A stretch of DNA of 64,000 nucleotides from an uncultured virus (IMG/VR IMGVR_UViG_3300047462_000385). Lineage: Duplodnaviria; Heunggongvirae; Uroviricota; Caudoviricetes. Under the pieces are notes generated by a model. It made no database searches and was not told the origin of the DNA. It was given only the letters and a program-made list of their open reading frames with translations. The translations under genes and the position numbers were made by a program. This document shows positions 1 to 9,396 of the stretch, piece by piece. Positions within the stretch are counted from its first letter, which is position 1, and every line of letters starts with the position of its first letter. The stretch covers positions 1 to 64,000 of IMG/VR virus record IMGVR_UViG_3300047462_000385; one strand, written 5' to 3'.

Positions 1-69
1 TAACTCAATGGTTAGAGTGCCATCCTGATAAGGTGGAAGTTCTGGGTTCGAGTCCCAGCTGTACGACCA
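1..69 (+). tRNA. tRNA-Ile(GAT), 5' end cut by window edge
   Basis: Anticodon arm CCATC-CTGATAA-GGTGG, T-arm CTGGG-TTCGAGT-CCCAG, ends ACCA. Confidence 0.9.
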
Positions 70-72
70 GCA

Positions 73-534
73 ATGCGTAATCAAGATGAGAACAATCAAG
101 ATGAGAAGCGTTGCGTTCGATGTGGTTATAACGCGCAATACACTTGGTCGGGATTAGAAGTTTGCGGCATGGGTTGCTATAAACTTCAAATGATAACTAA
201 TAAGCCAAACAAGAATCGTGATGTCGAATTCGAAATCATGAAACTATTATGTGATAATATTTCTGTGCAAGGGATTCAAGATGCACTTGATAACATCATT
301 AGGAATGGTGAAAGTGTTAAAATAGGGGCTACCACCTATTCAAGATATTATCCTAATCATCAAACTTGGGTAATAGAGCTTAATAAATATCATAGAGATA
401 ATTTACTCTGGTTATTCAATGTGATAGGTTATCCTTCTGGTAATGGAATTGAGCCATTTACATTTGCCAATACAGGTGATTGGGCTGTCGATGGTTCGAT
501 TCCATCAGGTACGACCAGTAACGAATGCAGTTAG
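73..534 (+). CDS. hypothetical protein; 3' end runs through an orphan tRNA 3' half, probably truncated
   Basis: 153-aa ORF whose last codons overlap a T-arm/CCA sequence at 490-517. Confidence 0.5.
   Translation: MRNQDENNQDEKRCVRCGYNAQYTWSGLEVCGMGCYKLQMITNKPNKNRDVEFEIMKLLCDNISVQGIQDALDNIIRNGESVKIGATTYSRYYPNHQTWVIELNKYHRDNLLWLFNVIGYPSGNGIEPFTFANTGDWAVDGSIPSGTTSNECS
490..517 (+). pseudogene. orphan 3' half of a tRNA (Ile-like)
   Basis: GATGG-TTCGATT-CCATC T-arm plus AGGTACG-A-CCA; the last 11 nt match the 3' end of tRNA-Ile at 2052-2062; no 5' half upstream. Confidence 0.75.
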
Positions 535-719
535 GATTACATAGCTAACGACCTTAAAGTAGCTACTAGTCCCGAGAGGGATCACACGACGGCATCAAAA
601 CGATCAAACAGGTAATGCTGAGGTCCACTGAACTCCTTGAGTTTAAGATGCGGGGCGAACGGCAATCGAAAGATTGCAATGTGCAGGTCATAAAGTGTCT
701 TAACAATTACTTGTCGTTA
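519..719 (+). ncRNA. Y-RNA-like ncRNA 1 (putative Ro60/Rsr-binding stem, non-tRNA inner module)
   Basis: TAACGA/TCGTTA terminal stem, ATGC bulge, GTTAGGAT/GTCTTAAC stem, TACAT; same frame as 2968 and 34279; several inner hairpins. Confidence 0.6.
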
Positions 720-1190
720 TATTCTTTTTTTATTTCTTCCACAATAGGTGGGCGTTTGAGAGTGACAATTTGGGCACAATAATCTAAGATTAGATAATTC
801 GTTATTTGTATTGTCTCCATCAATATGATCAAGGTGCAAAGAAAGAGGTTTTCCTTGCCACTTAGAAATATGACACTCAATACATTCATTGATAAAAATG
901 TTTTCCGAAATCAATCTTAAACGTAATTGATGAGTATTATATGGTTTGCCACCTTTTATCAAAAGGGTTTTTAACGGAATTTTAGCGTTGTTAGGATGAG
1001 GTTTTCCTTCCCAGTGACTTTGCCCTGTAAAATGGCTAATGTCTAAATTGAGTTCTTTGACTCTTTGATAAAATAATTTGTAGGAGCCTCCAGCGGGTAC
1101 TAGACCTAATGTTTTAAGTGCTCCTCTTACAGAGTAATTATTTTTAATAGCTTCGATAAATTGTTCGTTAGTATATGTTCTTTTACTCAT
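717..1190 (-). CDS. HNH homing endonuclease
   Basis: LHLDHIDGDNTNNELSNLRLLCPNCH motif. Confidence 0.9.
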   Translation of the reverse strand: MSKRTYTNEQFIEAIKNNYSVRGALKTLGLVPAGGSYKLFYQRVKELNLDISHFTGQSHWEGKPHPNNAKIPLKTLLIKGGKPYNTHQLRLRLISENIFINECIECHISKWQGKPLSLHLDHIDGDNTNNELSNLRLLCPNCHSQTPTYCGRNKKRI

Positions 1191-1229
1191 GGCACACTGA
1201 TATATAACAACAATAGATTAGTCTTCCAT

Positions 1230-1313
1230 GGTCTAGTGGGTTAATTGCAAAAGGCACAGCATGCGGGCTTAAAACTCGTACCTTTGTGGGTTCAAGTCCC
1301 ACCTGGACTACCA
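1230..1313 (+). tRNA. tRNA-Leu(TAA)
   Basis: GCGGG-CTTAAAA-CTCGT anticodon arm, GTGGG-TTCAAGT-CCCAC T-arm, ACCA; atypical D arm. Confidence 0.75.
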
Positions 1314-1329
1314 TGATATATAATAGGTT

Positions 1330-1500
1330 ATGAAACACCTAATCTATTTTCTAATTATGTTAAGCTGCATGAATTGTGGATCTGCTAAGCAACCACCAGT
1401 TGCGCCAAGCGCACCACCGATATACATTGAGCCAGATCACAATCTTTGTCGCTGCCCACCTTATTGTGTAAGGAAAGGTAAGACTTGTGTTAAAGAATAA
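1330..1500 (+). CDS. small putative lipoprotein (56 aa)
   Basis: Hand-translated MKHLIYFLIMLSCMNCGS...; hydrophobic N-terminus plus Cys. Confidence 0.5.
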   Translation: MKHLIYFLIMLSCMNCGSAKQPPVAPSAPPIYIEPDHNLCRCPPYCVRKGKTCVKE

Positions 1501-1813
1501 GCCGACCATTAAAGAAATGTTAGCCGCTCCTCCATTGGTATGTCCAATCTGTGAGCGCCCGAATTATTTTCCATCAGACCATCATATGGTTCCAAAGTCC
1601 AGGGGCGGTAAGACTACTGAGACTATTTGCGAAGATTGTCACAAAGCAATTCACGCTCACTTTACCAATAAAGAATTAGAAGAAACATATCATTCACCAG
1701 AAGCTTTGTTATCGCATGAGGGATTTGCTAAGCAAATCAGTTTCATTTCTAAGCAAGATCCTGGTGGCAGAACTAAAACGAAGAAAAATAAAGATAGGCT
1801 GCGTAGAGAATGA
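1487..1813 (+). CDS. small HNH endonuclease
   Basis: CPIC...DHHMVPKSRGG...ICEDCHKAIH. Confidence 0.85.
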   Translation: MLKNKPTIKEMLAAPPLVCPICERPNYFPSDHHMVPKSRGGKTTETICEDCHKAIHAHFTNKELEETYHSPEALLSHEGFAKQISFISKQDPGGRTKTKKNKDRLRRE

Positions 1814-1987
1814 CCAAAGAAGAACTTGTTGCACTAGAGGTTGAAAGAAGAGCTTTGCTAAAAACAGTTGCTGAAATGAGCAAAGGTTGCGATGCTCGTA
1901 TGGAAGTAAGTCTTGATGAGTTCTGTAAAAGTCTGGAAGACAAAGCCAGAGAGATTCAAAAGATAATAGATAGTAATACATAAATAT

Positions 1988-2062
1988 CGTACCTTCATCC
2001 AACGGTTAAGACGGATGTCTGATAAACATCAAACGGTAGTTCGACTCTGCCAGGTACGACCA
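1988..2062 (+). tRNA. tRNA-Ile(GAT)
   Basis: CGTACCT/AGGTACG acceptor, GATGT-CTGATAA-ACATC, ACCA. Confidence 0.88.
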
Positions 2063-2083
2063 TAATTCTTTATTGGAGCATTC

Positions 2084-2962
2084 ATGAGCAAGACAAATTA
2101 CGATGAGTTGATGGCAGAACATAATAGAGATGAACTTCTAGAAAAGGCTGCTAAATTCTATACTAAGCTAAGACTAGAGCTAGCAGCTAGATCAGACAAT
2201 GAGCATGTGGGCTCTGGAATGGGCGGCAATGCCTCTCAGTTTTTCTTTCTACTTTCGCACAAAGTAGAGATTGACACAGCGCCTGTCTCAGCTTTTTTCA
2301 GCCGTGTTGAAGGTCATAGAATTCGTTTTCATGTGCCGTCTAAACCAGACATCAAACAAGTTAGAAAAGAACTAACCAAGTTCTTTGATGGGCATCCAGA
2401 TAAATTGGAAGTAACGAACGAGCAATTGTTAGACTCTACGTTTCTTAAAGAGCACCAATCAAAATCTCTAGAAATAAAACTGCTTGCTAGAGCAATAGAA
2501 GAATCGAAATTATTAACTGAATGGTTGGATCGAAAGATTGCATTACAAAATACTATTCGTAAAGCTTTTAGTGAAGAATACAAATCAATCGAAACTTCAT
2601 TTCTGAAGGAAATGGATCTTCCACTTTCATATTTCAGTGATCAAGAAGATGAAGAAGAGGTAGACTATACTCGTTTACCAATAAGAAAAATGCTGAATCA
2701 ACATCCAGTTTGGGGTGTTCGAAAGAAGGCTGTAGCCAAGCGACAAGAAGAAATGATAAAGCAATTGCTAAGTCAAGAAGATTTGGAAAGGATTTCCTTC
2801 ATTGGAAGTTTCCCAACCTATACAACGCTATTCGCTTTTAGAGCGTGTATCGGTATTGAAAGAATAGTTAGTCTCAATTTAGATGAATTGCCAGAGTGCG
2901 CATTCCTGAGTAAGATTAACAGAATTATTTCAGATAAAGATGTTGAGTCTGACGAAGACTAA
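2084..2962 (+). CDS. hypothetical protein
   Basis: 292-aa ORF with GGAG RBS. Confidence 0.7.
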   Translation: MSKTNYDELMAEHNRDELLEKAAKFYTKLRLELAARSDNEHVGSGMGGNASQFFFLLSHKVEIDTAPVSAFFSRVEGHRIRFHVPSKPDIKQVRKELTKFFDGHPDKLEVTNEQLLDSTFLKEHQSKSLEIKLLARAIEESKLLTEWLDRKIALQNTIRKAFSEEYKSIETSFLKEMDLPLSYFSDQEDEEEVDYTRLPIRKMLNQHPVWGVRKKAVAKRQEEMIKQLLSQEDLERISFIGSFPTYTTLFAFRACIGIERIVSLNLDELPECAFLSKINRIISDKDVESDED

Positions 2963-2967
2963 AAAGT

Positions 2968-3113
2968 TTGAAACAAATGCCAGGTAAGGATTACATTCAT
3001 ATGGAGAACAAGGAGAAGGTCCGATTCCTTCCACTGCGACCAAAAGTTTTTATTGCAGTGTAGTGTAATGGCAGCACGTGAAAAAATAATCTTTCCAATT
3101 TTTGTTGTTTCAA
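2968..3113 (+). ncRNA. YrlA-like Y RNA with circularly permuted tRNA module
   Basis: Outer stems TTGAAACAA/TTGTTTCAA and GGTAAGGATTA/TAATCTTTCC enclose T-arm (3015-3031), acceptor 3' strand plus ACCA (3032-3042), linker, acceptor 5' strand TGCAGTG (3054-3060) and D-arm. Confidence 0.75.
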
Positions 3114-3115
3114 TT

Positions 3116-3192
3116 GGTGCTATCGTATTTGAGGTTCAAGACCGCCCGCTGAAAACGGGACGAAATGGGTTCGATTCCCTTCGGCACCACCA
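3116..3192 (+). tRNA. tRNA-Phe(GAA)
   Basis: CCCG-CTGAAAA-CGGG anticodon arm, GGTTCGATTCC, ACCA. Confidence 0.85.
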
Positions 3193-3216
3193 ATGTTATA
3201 TTACTAGAGAACTGCA

Positions 3217-3516
3217 ATGAAAAATCAAGACAAATTAATTCAAGATATTACAGAGTACTTCAATGCACTCAATGAATCCTTTGAACGTCCAAAAATTACT
3301 GTCTCCTTTAAAGAGAATCAATGCGTAGTTCATATCTCCAAGATGTATCATGGTCTTGGAAATTTAGTTTCATTTTCGGCATTGAAATGGTTATCTGAAA
3401 AATTGAAAACCGATAAAATCAATTTAGAAAATGAATACTACCGTGAGGGCTGCGAGTCATGCGATTGGGGCTCCGAGCATTGTGTAGATATCAAATGTTA
3501 TGATGTTCAAGTTTAA
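3217..3516 (+). CDS. hypothetical protein
   Basis: 99-aa ORF with CxxC (GCESCDWG). Confidence 0.65.
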   Translation: MKNQDKLIQDITEYFNALNESFERPKITVSFKENQCVVHISKMYHGLGNLVSFSALKWLSEKLKTDKINLENEYYREGCESCDWGSEHCVDIKCYDVQV

Positions 3517-3523
3517 GGAAGCT

Positions 3524-5320
3524 ATGAAATTAAAGTATTTATCATTTCTATTATTCTTAGTGGGTTGCGGAGCTTTGTTAGCTCCTGTTACCGCTCCCAT
3601 TGTATCTCGCCCCGTACAATATCTGCCTGGTTCCTCTTTTGATGGAACCATAACTAATGGATTAACGGCAGGGGAACGTAAGGCTTATTACTCCATGGAT
3701 GAAGGTATTCAATACCTTCCTATCGATGTACTAATGTCTCTGAAGCGCACTGACGCATCGGGACTAAGAGTAATGGATGAACTTCTCTTTGCTCATCCTG
3801 AAAGATTTGGCTTGTTACCTAACTATGTAAATCCTCAATCGGATATTCCATTAGGTATTACTGTATCAACGGACGGGGATTATGTTCCGATGGCGGGCAT
3901 TAACTGTGCTACTTGCCATACTACAATGATTTCCAATCAAGACGGAAAGTTCTTCTTAGTAGATGGTGGAGCTTCAAGATTCGCCATTGATCGTTTCTTT
4001 GGAGAGATGATCAAGGGGCTGGTTGCCACATTAGTTAATCCAGAAGAGTTTGAAGCTTTCTATGCTCGTTATCGCGCACGCTTAGCTGCCGAAGAAGTTC
4101 CAGAAGATACTGGAGCCCATCGTCAACAAATTGCTACTCTGGTGCAAAAGTCCTATACTGAATCTGATTTGACGCATCTAAAAGTTAAGCTCAATACATT
4201 ACCAGTAGTTGATTCGAGACCAACTACTTTGACTTCCGCCGCATATCCAACTCAAAAACAATTGTCTACTAAGTTGGGAATGTATGTTTATCTTGCTAAG
4301 AGATTCATTTTCTTCTTCGAGCAAGTTAAGTACGGAACTAAAGTCAGCGGCTCTTTAGAGGCTGACGCCGGCTTAGGTCGCTCCAATCCTTGGTCATCTA
4401 CCAAGAAGATGTTAAATGATAAATTTATTCACTCTAAGTCATCTTATCAAATTGAAGGTGGTCCAGTGAATACTCCATTCAATTGGGATTTGGATCGTCA
4501 ACACTGGATTTTCTATACTGGTGTTACCAACTCTCTAGTAGAAAGAAACATGGCACAAGGTGTTGCCCTGTTAACAGACTTCAATGACACCACCTTTGAG
4601 AGTACTGTCTCCATTAGGAAGTTAGACCAAGTAGTTTCTTATGCTAAGAGAACAGCTCCACCAGTTTGGTCAGAGAGTATATTAGGATCTATTGATACTG
4701 GGCTTGCTGATAAAGGCAAAGTTCTTTTCCAATCCAAATGCTTAGGGTGTCACGATCCTCATCAGAATGATACTGTTACTGCCTCTGCGTATTATCAATA
4801 CATGGATGTTGGAACAGATGATGCATACTTCAAAGGTCAGTTAGAAAAGCTTGATGGCAAGGATTTGTTTAAGGACGTATTAACTCCATTCATGGCTAAG
4901 GTAAAAACTACTGCAGCAAAGAATGAAAACATTTATTTCTTAGAACCATACGAGACCAACAGAACTCCTGTTGTTTGGAAGACTCCAACTATCAATGGGT
5001 TTGCAGCAAAGCCATTGTATGGTGTCTGGGCAACTCCTCCGTTCCTACACAACGGTAGTGTCCCAACTATGTGGGATTTGCTTCAACCAACTGCGCAACG
5101 TCCAAGACAATTTCATATTGGTGGGTTTGTTTACGACTCAAAGAAGCTGGGTTACGTAGAAGATAAGACCTTGCCAGATGGATTTGATTTCCAGGTTTCT
5201 TGTGCATCATGTGACGGCAATGATAATCGTGGACACGAATTTGGAACTGATTTGTCAGATAATGATAAGTGGGCACTGATTGAATTTATGAAGTCTTATA
5301 CAAAGGAAACGACGTTCTAA
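3524..5320 (+). CDS. exported di-heme cytochrome c (RoxA/di-heme peroxidase-like), putative lipoprotein
   Basis: Two CxxCH (CATCH, CLGCH), LYGVWATPPFLHNGSVPT, GNDNRGHEFG, signal peptide with LVGC. Confidence 0.85.
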   Translation: MKLKYLSFLLFLVGCGALLAPVTAPIVSRPVQYLPGSSFDGTITNGLTAGERKAYYSMDEGIQYLPIDVLMSLKRTDASGLRVMDELLFAHPERFGLLPNYVNPQSDIPLGITVSTDGDYVPMAGINCATCHTTMISNQDGKFFLVDGGASRFAIDRFFGEMIKGLVATLVNPEEFEAFYARYRARLAAEEVPEDTGAHRQQIATLVQKSYTESDLTHLKVKLNTLPVVDSRPTTLTSAAYPTQKQLSTKLGMYVYLAKRFIFFFEQVKYGTKVSGSLEADAGLGRSNPWSSTKKMLNDKFIHSKSSYQIEGGPVNTPFNWDLDRQHWIFYTGVTNSLVERNMAQGVALLTDFNDTTFESTVSIRKLDQVVSYAKRTAPPVWSESILGSIDTGLADKGKVLFQSKCLGCHDPHQNDTVTASAYYQYMDVGTDDAYFKGQLEKLDGKDLFKDVLTPFMAKVKTTAAKNENIYFLEPYETNRTPVVWKTPTINGFAAKPLYGVWATPPFLHNGSVPTMWDLLQPTAQRPRQFHIGGFVYDSKKLGYVEDKTLPDGFDFQVSCASCDGNDNRGHEFGTDLSDNDKWALIEFMKSYTKETTF

Positions 5321-5556
5321 TGAAAATACAATTAGAAAAAGCAAGTGGGTCAGCGAAATGTCGAGGACCCAATTGCACGGATAATCCAGCTTACATTTCT
5401 GAAAAAGGTCGCATCAAAAAAGATACCACATGTGTTGGTATAACTATCCGAAGTGCAGCGGGAAGCAATACCTCCTACTATTGTAGGGAGTGTATTGATA
5501 AATTGTATGAAGATATGAGAAAGATTCTTAATCCAAAGTTATGGATTTTCTTATGA
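5320..5556 (+). CDS. small Zn-finger hypothetical protein
   Basis: Cys pairs CRGPNC and CREC. Confidence 0.55.
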   Translation: MKIQLEKASGSAKCRGPNCTDNPAYISEKGRIKKDTTCVGITIRSAAGSNTSYYCRECIDKLYEDMRKILNPKLWIFL

Positions 5557-5564
5557 ATCTTTAC

Positions 5565-5638
5565 GGGTTCTTAGCTCAATGGTAGAGCTACCGGCTCTTA
5601 CCCGGTTGATGAGAGTTCAATTCTCTCAGGACCCACCA
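5565..5638 (+). tRNA. tRNA-Lys(CTT)
   Basis: ACCGG-CTCTTAC-CCGGT, full cloverleaf, ACCA. Confidence 0.9.
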
Positions 5639-5866
5639 TGTTATTTGAAATCAAAACATATAAACTAGAAATGTCTGGTATAGAATGCGGGTGGCATGCT
5701 TGCAAACGTTTACCAGAATATCATTGGCATATGATTGGGCAAGTGTATCATATTAAACAAGATACTATTTGCGCCACTATATGTGTTGATGGATTTACAA
5801 TAACAGTTCCAATTGTCATCGTAGAAAAACAGCTAAAGATTTTGGTTGGTATAAAAATATAGATAT

Positions 5867-5943
5867 GGATCAATAGTGTTAATGGTAGCACAGCAGACTT
5901 TTAATCTGTTTAGGTCTCGGTTCGAATCCGGGTTGATCCACCA
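5867..5943 (+). tRNA. tRNA-Lys(TTT)
   Basis: GCAGA-CTTTTAA-TCTGT, GGTTCGAATCC, ACCA. Confidence 0.92.
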
Positions 5944-6172
5944 AATGTTTTGTGATTACTGCGATTGTGAAGGTTGTCAATTTGGCGATGAACTTTCTAG
6001 ACACGCTCAGACTGCCCATGGTGCATGGATTTGTCACACGTGTTATACTTATGATCTGTGTACCGAAGATGGTCCAATGAGAAATTGGACAGGACCCTGT
6101 AAGGAAAAAGTTTGTCCACATAGACCTACATTGATTACTGATTGGATTCAATTTAAAGAATAAGAGGAAGAC

Positions 6173-6739
6173 ATGAAGCATGACAACACCATGAAAACCA
6201 CCATCGTCAATTTATATGGAGGTCCTGGTAGTGGTAAATCTACTTCAGCTGCCTACTTCTACTACCTCTTGAAGACAGAGGGTTTGAACGTAGAGCTAGT
6301 CAGAGAGTACGTCAAAGACTGGGCATGGGAAGGTCGAAAGATTAGTACCTACGATCAAATCTATTTCCTTGGCAAACAAGTTCGTCGAGAGAGCATGTTG
6401 TATGGAAAGGTGGACTGGATCGTAACAGACTCTCCAGTCATGATGAATCTTTACTACGCCCAAAAATATTGTCCGCAATCTTTGGCAGAAGGTGTTCGAG
6501 CTTCAACCTTATCTTTCTATCGTCAAGCCGCAGAAGATGGTCATAAACATATTCACGTTTTCCTTAATCGAAACAAGCCTTACTTAAGCGAAGGTCGCTA
6601 TCAAACTGAAGAAGAGGCACGTGAAATTGATGGTGGTATCAAAAGACTATTAGAAGATTTTAAGATGCCTCATATTGAATCTACTCCAGATGAATCCGAA
6701 TTACTTAAAGTGATGAATAAAATCCAAGGTAAGGTATAA
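6173..6739 (+). CDS. P-loop kinase/ATPase (AAA_28/NadR-like)
   Basis: Walker A GGPGSGKS, VTDSP. Confidence 0.8.
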   Translation: MKHDNTMKTTIVNLYGGPGSGKSTSAAYFYYLLKTEGLNVELVREYVKDWAWEGRKISTYDQIYFLGKQVRRESMLYGKVDWIVTDSPVMMNLYYAQKYCPQSLAEGVRASTLSFYRQAAEDGHKHIHVFLNRNKPYLSEGRYQTEEEAREIDGGIKRLLEDFKMPHIESTPDESELLKVMNKIQGKV

Positions 6740-6742
6740 GTC

Positions 6743-7156
6743 ATGATTGAAAAATTGGAAGATTTAGAATTGTCGCATGATGATGAAATGGAAACCATTG
6801 AGAAGAAGATTCAAGATAAACTCGGCATTTCTGTAAATGAAATGAGACAGGCTCTAAGTGCCTGGACAATGGAGCATGCCGAAGAGTTGACGCAAGACTT
6901 TGTTAACATGGCTCCATTGGGAGATTACAGCAAGTTGCTAGAGGATAACGATAGCATGGCAGAGTTTCTCAAAGCAGAAGCACATAAACCAGAACATTGG
7001 ATGTTATATTCCGTTAGAACTAGTGACGCCAACAAGGCTTTACTTTCTTTTGATTTCAAAAATGATGCTGTTGATGACGGCGATATTTTCAGTGGATTCG
7101 TATTTGTTTCTCTGAGTGGCAAAATCAGACATGCTTTTGCTCAAGGTGAGTCATGA
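6743..7156 (+). CDS. hypothetical protein
   Basis: 137-aa ORF coupled to neighbours. Confidence 0.65.
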   Translation: MIEKLEDLELSHDDEMETIEKKIQDKLGISVNEMRQALSAWTMEHAEELTQDFVNMAPLGDYSKLLEDNDSMAEFLKAEAHKPEHWMLYSVRTSDANKALLSFDFKNDAVDDGDIFSGFVFVSLSGKIRHAFAQGES

Positions 7157-7428
7157 ATTATAATGTAAAGTGGGATGTAATTGGTTTTCTTATTGTTGTA
7201 GCTGGCACCCTCCTTTCATTTGTAGGTTGTGATCCGGTGGAAATGAAACGAAATGAAATCACCAGTTCAGCTCAAAAATTATCCAAAGAGCTACATTACT
7301 ACAAAGACAGTAATACACATTTATGTTTCGCTGCTTATCACGTTGGTTTGCAATCAACATCTATAACTAATGTTCCTTGTACGCCTGAAGTGGAAAAGAT
7401 GGTGGATATGTTTTCAACGGTAAAGTAA
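7153..7428 (+). CDS. putative lipoprotein
   Basis: TM segment plus FVGC; YYKDSNTHLCFA motif. Confidence 0.65.
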   Translation: MNYNVKWDVIGFLIVVAGTLLSFVGCDPVEMKRNEITSSAQKLSKELHYYKDSNTHLCFAAYHVGLQSTSITNVPCTPEVEKMVDMFSTVK

Positions 7429-7641
7429 ATGAAAAAGATTATAATTCTCTGTGGAATATTATTAGCTTGCGAAAAACCTTATTCTGAAAAAGAAAAAGTA
7501 GGGATGCGTCAAGACTATGTAGACCGGAATGTGACATCATTAAGATTTGTAATATATTTCAAAGACAGCAAAACATAGATTTGTTTTGCTGGAAGTAATT
7601 TGAATCAGTATGCGGCAACTCCAAAGAAAGTAGTAAGATGA
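7429..7641 (+). CDS. paralogous putative lipoprotein with in-frame TAG at 7576-7578
   Basis: MKKIIILCGILLAC...YFKDSKT*ICFAG aligns to the upstream paralog; read-through ends in an ATGA overlap with the next gene. Confidence 0.6.
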
Positions 7642-8561
7642 AACGATATTTGGCATTGATAGTTATTTTGGTTTTTATTGGTTGTGCTTATGGTGTCGCA
7701 GATGAATCGGAAGGCGGCTCGCCAGATGCATCTTCCGATGTAGCCGATGAACCTACTTTGCCAGATGCTTCCTTACCACATATGGATGCAAGCGTTTCAT
7801 ATGGTGGGTTTGATTTGGGAGGAACAGAGCCCACACCAATTCAATATCATGGTGGTAGAGTAATGACTAACCCAGTCCATGTATATCTCATTTGGTATGG
7901 TAACTGGCAAAACAGACGCACTGTCCCAATCATCGAAGATTTAATTACTGACATAGGATCTAGTGATTGGTTTAAGATCAATACCACTTATTATGAACTA
8001 CCACCAAGTGATGCTGGTACTGAGTCGGGAATCATCTTCCATTTTGATGCTGGGAACGTTACCACAGATGGTGGAGTTGTTTTGGATTCAGGCACTTATG
8101 ATGCCAGTGACGATGCTGCCCTTGACAGCGGTCTTCCGAAGACTTATGTTATTAGTCAGGTATCACTGGCTCAAGAAGTCTTTATCGGTTATACTCACGG
8201 TTATACATTAGTTGATAACGATATCAGAGATATCGTTAAAGAGCAAATTACTAATAATCAGTTACCTTCAGATGAAAACGGTATTTATTTTGTTTTAACT
8301 GATGAATATGTATCTGAAGTTGGTGGAATGGGTGGATTTTGTACAGCCTATTGTGGCTGGCATGATTATGCCAAAATCAATGGTGCTGATATCAAATACA
8401 GTTTCATTGGGGATACCGAGCGCTGTCCAGCTGATTGTTCTACCAAAGCAGAATACATTAGCTTAGGCTACAATAGTTCTCCAAATGGGGACTGGAGTGC
8501 AGATGGAATGTTTGGTATCACATTAAGAAATAATCTTCAAGCGGAAGGTGTTCTTAATTGA
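7638..8561 (+). CDS. Phi-1/EXORDIUM-like exported protein, C-terminus probably truncated
   Basis: IQYHGGRVM...VYLIWYG...GIYFVLT...YCGWH...SPNGDWSADGM; D/A/G-rich linker. Confidence 0.7.
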   Translation: MKRYLALIVILVFIGCAYGVADESEGGSPDASSDVADEPTLPDASLPHMDASVSYGGFDLGGTEPTPIQYHGGRVMTNPVHVYLIWYGNWQNRRTVPIIEDLITDIGSSDWFKINTTYYELPPSDAGTESGIIFHFDAGNVTTDGGVVLDSGTYDASDDAALDSGLPKTYVISQVSLAQEVFIGYTHGYTLVDNDIRDIVKEQITNNQLPSDENGIYFVLTDEYVSEVGGMGGFCTAYCGWHDYAKINGADIKYSFIGDTERCPADCSTKAEYISLGYNSSPNGDWSADGMFGITLRNNLQAEGVLN

Positions 8562-9049
8562 ATATCTTCCACCCAATGCTCTATTGCATGACAAATAGCA
8601 CACAACACTTCTAAATTAGATAGTGAATTATTGTCACGGTTTCTATCTTTATGATGAATAACAATAGCAGCTATGTGCTCATCATATCCACAACGTTCAC
8701 ATTTCGGTGGTTTGTTGTGAAGAGCCTTGTCCATATAATGTGTGATTCTAGTTTTGTAATGTGGAAGTTGCATTCCAACTACCCCACCAATCTGTTGCGC
8801 CAAATCTTTATGTTTTCGACAGCAAAAATATAAACCGCTTTTGGAGCGAGATTTTTGTGTAGTGTTTAGATAGAATTTTGTTTGACAATAAGCGCACTCC
8901 ACATTAGGTTCTGGTTTAGTTTCTTGTGCTCTATTATAAATGCTAGAGCAACTTTGGCTACAAAATTTGGCAAAGCCGCGCTTGACATCTTGTGAGCGAG
9001 CCTTAAATTCTTGTTGACAATGTAAGCAATTTCTTGTAATAGTTGACAT
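8537..9049 (-). CDS. HNH endonuclease with Zn-ribbon repeats
   Basis: IHHKDRNRDNNSLSNLEVLCAICH; likely start MSTITRNC after GAGG. Confidence 0.85.
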   Translation of the reverse strand: MSTITRNCLHCQQEFKARSQDVKRGFAKFCSQSCSSIYNRAQETKPEPNVECAYCQTKFYLNTTQKSRSKSGLYFCCRKHKDLAQQIGGVVGMQLPHYKTRITHYMDKALHNKPPKCERCGYDEHIAAIVIHHKDRNRDNNSLSNLEVLCAICHAIEHWVEDIQLRTPSA

Positions 9050-9127
9050 ATGTACCTCGTTGATTTTGCGCAAACGTTTTGCATTACATGCAAATCTATG
9101 CATAGCGAGATATATAGATTGTGTTAT

Positions 9128-9201
9128 GGGCTTGTGGGTAAATGGTATACTTTTTCGCTTGCACCGAAAAGTTGAGAGTTCGATTCTCTCCGGGTCCACC
9201 A
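9128..9201 (+). tRNA. tRNA-Ala(TGC)
   Basis: TTTCG-CTTGCAC-CGAAA, G3:U70, ACCA. Confidence 0.9.
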
Positions 9202-9396
9202 AATTATGACGAGAAAATTCGATCGTAAAGAAAAAGAAAGAAACGATTACATTCAAGAACATGCAGCTAAAAGAACATATTCAGCTGAGTTGAATGCGTT
9301 AAGAGAAGAAAATGAAAAGCTACAAGCAAAGGTAGCTAAGTTAGAGAAGAAGATAAAAGATTTGAAATCTAAATAAATTCAAAGGTTAATTCTTTT

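Noticed and set aside
2968..3113. Two-piece permuted tmRNA
   Set aside because: No G3:U70 alanine identity, a true D-stem is present, and there is no tag ORF or pseudoknot series; the YrlA topology fits better.
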